Assembly: GCF_028745515.1 (NCBI RefSeq)
Contig: NZ_JAQZSG010000031.1
Span: 21,856 to 45,855, forward strand
DNA: 24,000 nt
DNA from: Paenibacillus thermotolerans
GTDB lineage: Bacteria; Bacillota; Bacilli; Paenibacillales; YIM-B00363
Direction of reading: 5' to 3'
Shown here: piece by piece, positions 21,763 through 24,000 of the stretch
How positions within the stretch are numbered: the stretch's first letter is position 1
Layout of the letters: each line of letters starts with the position of its first letter
Notes under the pieces: model-generated
What the model saw: the letters and a program-made list of their open reading frames with translations, nothing else
Told to the model about the DNA's origin: nothing
The model's database searches: none
Made by a program: the position numbers and the translations under genes

Positions 21763-22092
21763 TTAATGTTTTGGTCCGCTGCCGGATTGCAGCTCGCTCA
21801 AATATTGATCCAGACGGTCAAGCCTCTCTTCCCAAATGGCGCGAAACGATTGAAGCCATTCGTCCATCTCTTGAAGCGGCTCGGCGCGAAGTTTATAAAA
21901 TCGGCGATTGGCTTCCGGACGGACCTCCACGATCTCAGCCTCATTGAGCACCTTCAAATGCTTTGAAACCTGAGGCTGCCTCAATTGAAGCTTCTCCGCA
22001 ATCTCATTCACGGTAAGCGGTCCGTCGCGAAGCAGTTCGACCATATGCAGCCGGTTCGGTTCAGCAAGTGCGCTTAATGTTTCCGTCCTCAT
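21763..22092 (-). CDS. ArsR/SmtB-family transcriptional regulator
   Basis: It reads LSALAEPNRLHMVELLRDGPLTVNEIAEKLQLRQPQVSKHLKVLNEAEIV. The start is taken at ATG 22092, 6 nt after GGGGG. ATG 22098 abuts the RBS, and track start 22167 has no RBS. Confidence 0.85.
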   Translation of the reverse strand: MRTETLSALAEPNRLHMVELLRDGPLTVNEIAEKLQLRQPQVSKHLKVLNEAEIVEVRPEANRRFYKLRAEPLQEMDEWLQSFRAIWEERLDRLDQYLSELQSGSGPKH

Positions 22093-22191
22093 GTCCATCC
22101 CCCTGCTGTATGATAATGAAAAATGAACTTTTGCTATGAGCCTGCCCGACACAACATTATAATACATTATATATCCACAAGAGAAGGGTTC

Positions 22192-24000
22192 GTGAAAACG
22201 GTGCTCCGATTAAACGCGATACGAGTGGTTTTTTTGCTAGGCGTTTCACTTATTGCTGCCGGCATCATTTATTTCTTTGCCGCGAACTGGGGCGGGTTGC
22301 CCCGATTACAAAAAATATCGCTTGCAGCAGGATTGATTGTAATATTTTACGGGGCGTCGTATTTGTTCTCGCGGCTAAAGACGCTTCCCGGCCATCATGC
22401 CTTTCTGTCCGACATATTGCTGGTCGCAAGCTGCATATCGTTCGGAGCGGCCGTCGCTCTGCTCGGTCAAATTTATAATTGGCACGCCGACAGTTATACG
22501 TTGTTTCTCGCCTGGTCCGTTCCTGCGTTATTGTTCGCCCGAATCGGGCGGTACGGCCCGTTCTATGTTCTTTCGTACGTACTGCTGCATGCAGCGCTAT
22601 GGTTTTATTTCTACCCTTCATCCTTAGGAACAACTTACACTGAAATCGAACGCCTTGCAATCGGCGGATTGTTTGCATCGATCAATTTCATCGCATTCCT
22701 TCTTGCCGAGTACAAACGACTTCCGTCAGCGGCCGTAAAAACGTTGAGTTTTCTCGTTTTTTACCTTTTCCTGCTGCTGATGACGAATTCATTCGAATAT
22801 GAAACGTATGGCGTATGGATAAACCTGCTTTATATCGTTGCGGCTATATTTTGTTTCTATTATTTTATCCGCATCCGTAGAAATAAGACGTTTCTTACAT
22901 TGAATGCGCTGGCCGTGTCCGTTTTCGCCGTTTTTAAGTTTATCGAGTTGGCTTCCAGATTCGGTTCAACCGGCTTTTACGTGCTCGGGCTTTGCTTTGT
23001 CGCATTGCTCCTTACGGGGAACGTGCTGTTCTTTCGCTATGTCAACCGGTTAGATGATGAGTCTTCTCCCAGCTTACACATGGACGACTTCGAAGAGCGG
23101 CCGGAGCGGGAAACGAGCCGCAACGGGCGAATGCTTCGCGAAGTCGTATCAACGATCGTAACGATTGTCGGCGTATTGATCGGGAGCATTTCTTTAATCG
23201 GGCTCGTAATGTTTGCCGCGGGCAGCTCTGAGCCGCAATACGCGTTATTTATCATTGCTCTGGTGCTCATCGCCCCGATGCTTGCGCTCAACGAATGGAA
23301 CGAAGCCGTCCGCTATACGCTGCTGACCGTCGGCTTTATCGCGGGAATCGTCTCAACCGTCTGGATCCATATGGCCGTCTTGTCTGTAGTTATGCTCCTT
23401 TTGTCCATAGCGGGATGGCTCGCATTAAAAGGACGCATCCAACGATTACTTACCTATGCCGTTACAAATTTGAATATCGGCATTGTGCTGGTTCAGCTGT
23501 TCGAATGGGCCGATCCGCAATTTGCATATTTTATTCTTACGCTTGCTGTTATTAACTCGGCTATATTCGTACCGCTTCATAGGAAGGCGGATCGGCCGTT
23601 CAGCCGGCATCTCAGGGAAAGCAGCTTGTTTTTTACTTTGCTGTACTTATTCTGGCTTACGTTTTTAGACGGCATTTTTCCATATTCCTATGAAATTTTT
23701 AATGCAGTCAACTTCATCGTCGTAACCTCGCTGATCTTCGTCTTTCTGCGGATGAAGAAATCGTCGGACGCAGGAGTCGCTTTTGTATTTTGGTTTGTGT
23801 ATGTCGCATTCAAATATTACGATATGTTGTGGCCGCTGCTCCACAAATCGGTAACATTAATCGTTGCAGGAGTGCTTTTGTTCTCCGCTGTCTATATCAT
23901 CGCACGAAAAGCCGGGTCCGGCGACGAGGAGCGACCCGGTTTGGCCATCGTCCGTAAGAGCTCGCTGGCGATATTCGCAGTCATCGTGCTGCAGCTCGCT
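22192..24000 (+). CDS. polytopic membrane protein, DUF4401-like (N-terminal 603 aa; continues beyond the window)
   Basis: Absent from the track because there is no stop in the window. The frame is open from GTG 22192 (preceded by GAGAAGGG) to 24000, exactly 603 codons. The translation VKTVLRLNAIRVVFLLGVSLIAAGIIYFFAANWGGLPRLQKISLAAGLIVIF... has many hydrophobic helices. The IYFFAANW-type N-terminus recalls DUF4401/DUF2157 membrane proteins. The start codon is tentative. Confidence 0.75.
   Translation, partial: MKTVLRLNAIRVVFLLGVSLIAAGIIYFFAANWGGLPRLQKISLAAGLIVIFYGASYLFSRLKTLPGHHAFLSDILLVASCISFGAAVALLGQIYNWHADSYTLFLAWSVPALLFARIGRYGPFYVLSYVLLHAALWFYFYPSSLGTTYTEIERLAIGGLFASINFIAFLLAEYKRLPSAAVKTLSFLVFYLFLLLMTNSFEYETYGVWINLLYIVAAIFCFYYFIRIRRNKTFLTLNALAVSVFAVFKFIELASRFGSTGFYVLGLCFVALLLTGNVLFFRYVNRLDDESSPSLHMDDFEERPERETSRNGRMLREVVSTIVTIVGVLIGSISLIGLVMFAAGSSEPQYALFIIALVLIAPMLALNEWNEAVRYTLLTVGFIAGIVSTVWIHMAVLSVVMLLLSIAGWLALKGRIQRLLTYAVTNLNIGIVLVQLFEWADPQFAYFILTLAVINSAIFVPLHRKADRPFSRHLRESSLFFTLLYLFWLTFLDGIFPYSYEIFNAVNFIVVTSLIFVFLRMKKSSDAGVAFVFWFVYVAFKYYDMLWPLLHKSVTLIVAGVLLFSAVYIIARKAGSGDEERPGLAIVRKSSLAIFAVIVLQLA

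Noticed and set aside
22123-22191. An in-frame ATG at 22123 as an alternative start for the DUF4401-like membrane protein.
   Set aside because: It would overlap the ArsR promoter and start region and add a non-hydrophobic 23-aa leader (MNFCYEPARHNIIIHYISTREGF) without an RBS. GTG 22192, preceded by GAGAAGGG, is preferred, though its spacing is short, so the start remains uncertain.
22265-22678. A 137-aa minus-strand ORF antisense to the DUF4401-like gene.
   Set aside because: The translation is Arg-rich and low-complexity, and it lies opposite a continuous 603-codon open frame encoding obvious TM helices.
1-24000. A search by eye for CRISPR-like spaced repeats, IS ends or transposases, integrases, tRNA cloverleaf-like GC-rich 75-nt blocks, and long direct repeats.
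   Set aside because: None was found. All intergenic regions are short (under about 300 nt) and are explained by promoters, operators and terminators. A computational repeat or tRNA scan would be needed to exclude short or degenerate elements.

Overview
Gene-dense chromosomal segment with about 27 CDS, mostly on the minus strand. It looks like an endospore-forming Firmicute of the Paenibacillus type. That is an inference from GGAGG-type RBSs, roughly 50% G+C, and gerP-like, KapD-like, YyaL-like and RsbT/RsbR-like genes. All family calls come from reading motifs in the translations; no database search was possible. I saw no rRNA, tRNA, CRISPR array, transposase/integrase or long repeat. Content from left to right: YyaL-type thioredoxin-domain protein (partial); OmpR regulator plus HAMP kinase pair; membrane protein; FMN reductase; a tight operon of four small GerPA/GerPF-like paralogues; a divergent Hsp20; an XRE-HTH fused to an F1-ATPase-beta-like domain; SDR oxidoreductase; TetR plus cupin; MDR dehydrogenase plus Cys-rich CWC protein; MalT/LuxR STAND regulator; an RsbT-like kinase translationally coupled to a histidine kinase fused to an RsbR-type module (globin-like plus STAS); phasin-like protein plus UbiB/ABC1 kinase; KapD-like exonuclease; methyltransferase; TetR with a divergent membrane protein and HAD hydrolase; ArsR; and a DUF4401-like polytopic membrane protein (partial). 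The strongest novelty candidates are: (1) the stand-alone HTH::F1-beta-like protein with a destroyed P-loop and palindromes in its own promoter (6704-7814); (2) the RsbT-like / HK-RsbR-STAS two-gene module, which lacks RsbS, a phosphatase, a sigma factor and a response regulator (14128-16036); (3) the four-paralogue gerP-like operon, which lacks gerPC/PD/PE (4891-5910). Smaller oddities: an 8-bp tandem duplication that displaces the canonical start of the FMN reductase, an apparently leaderless MalT-like regulator, and a 300-nt spacer holding two terminator-like hairpins.
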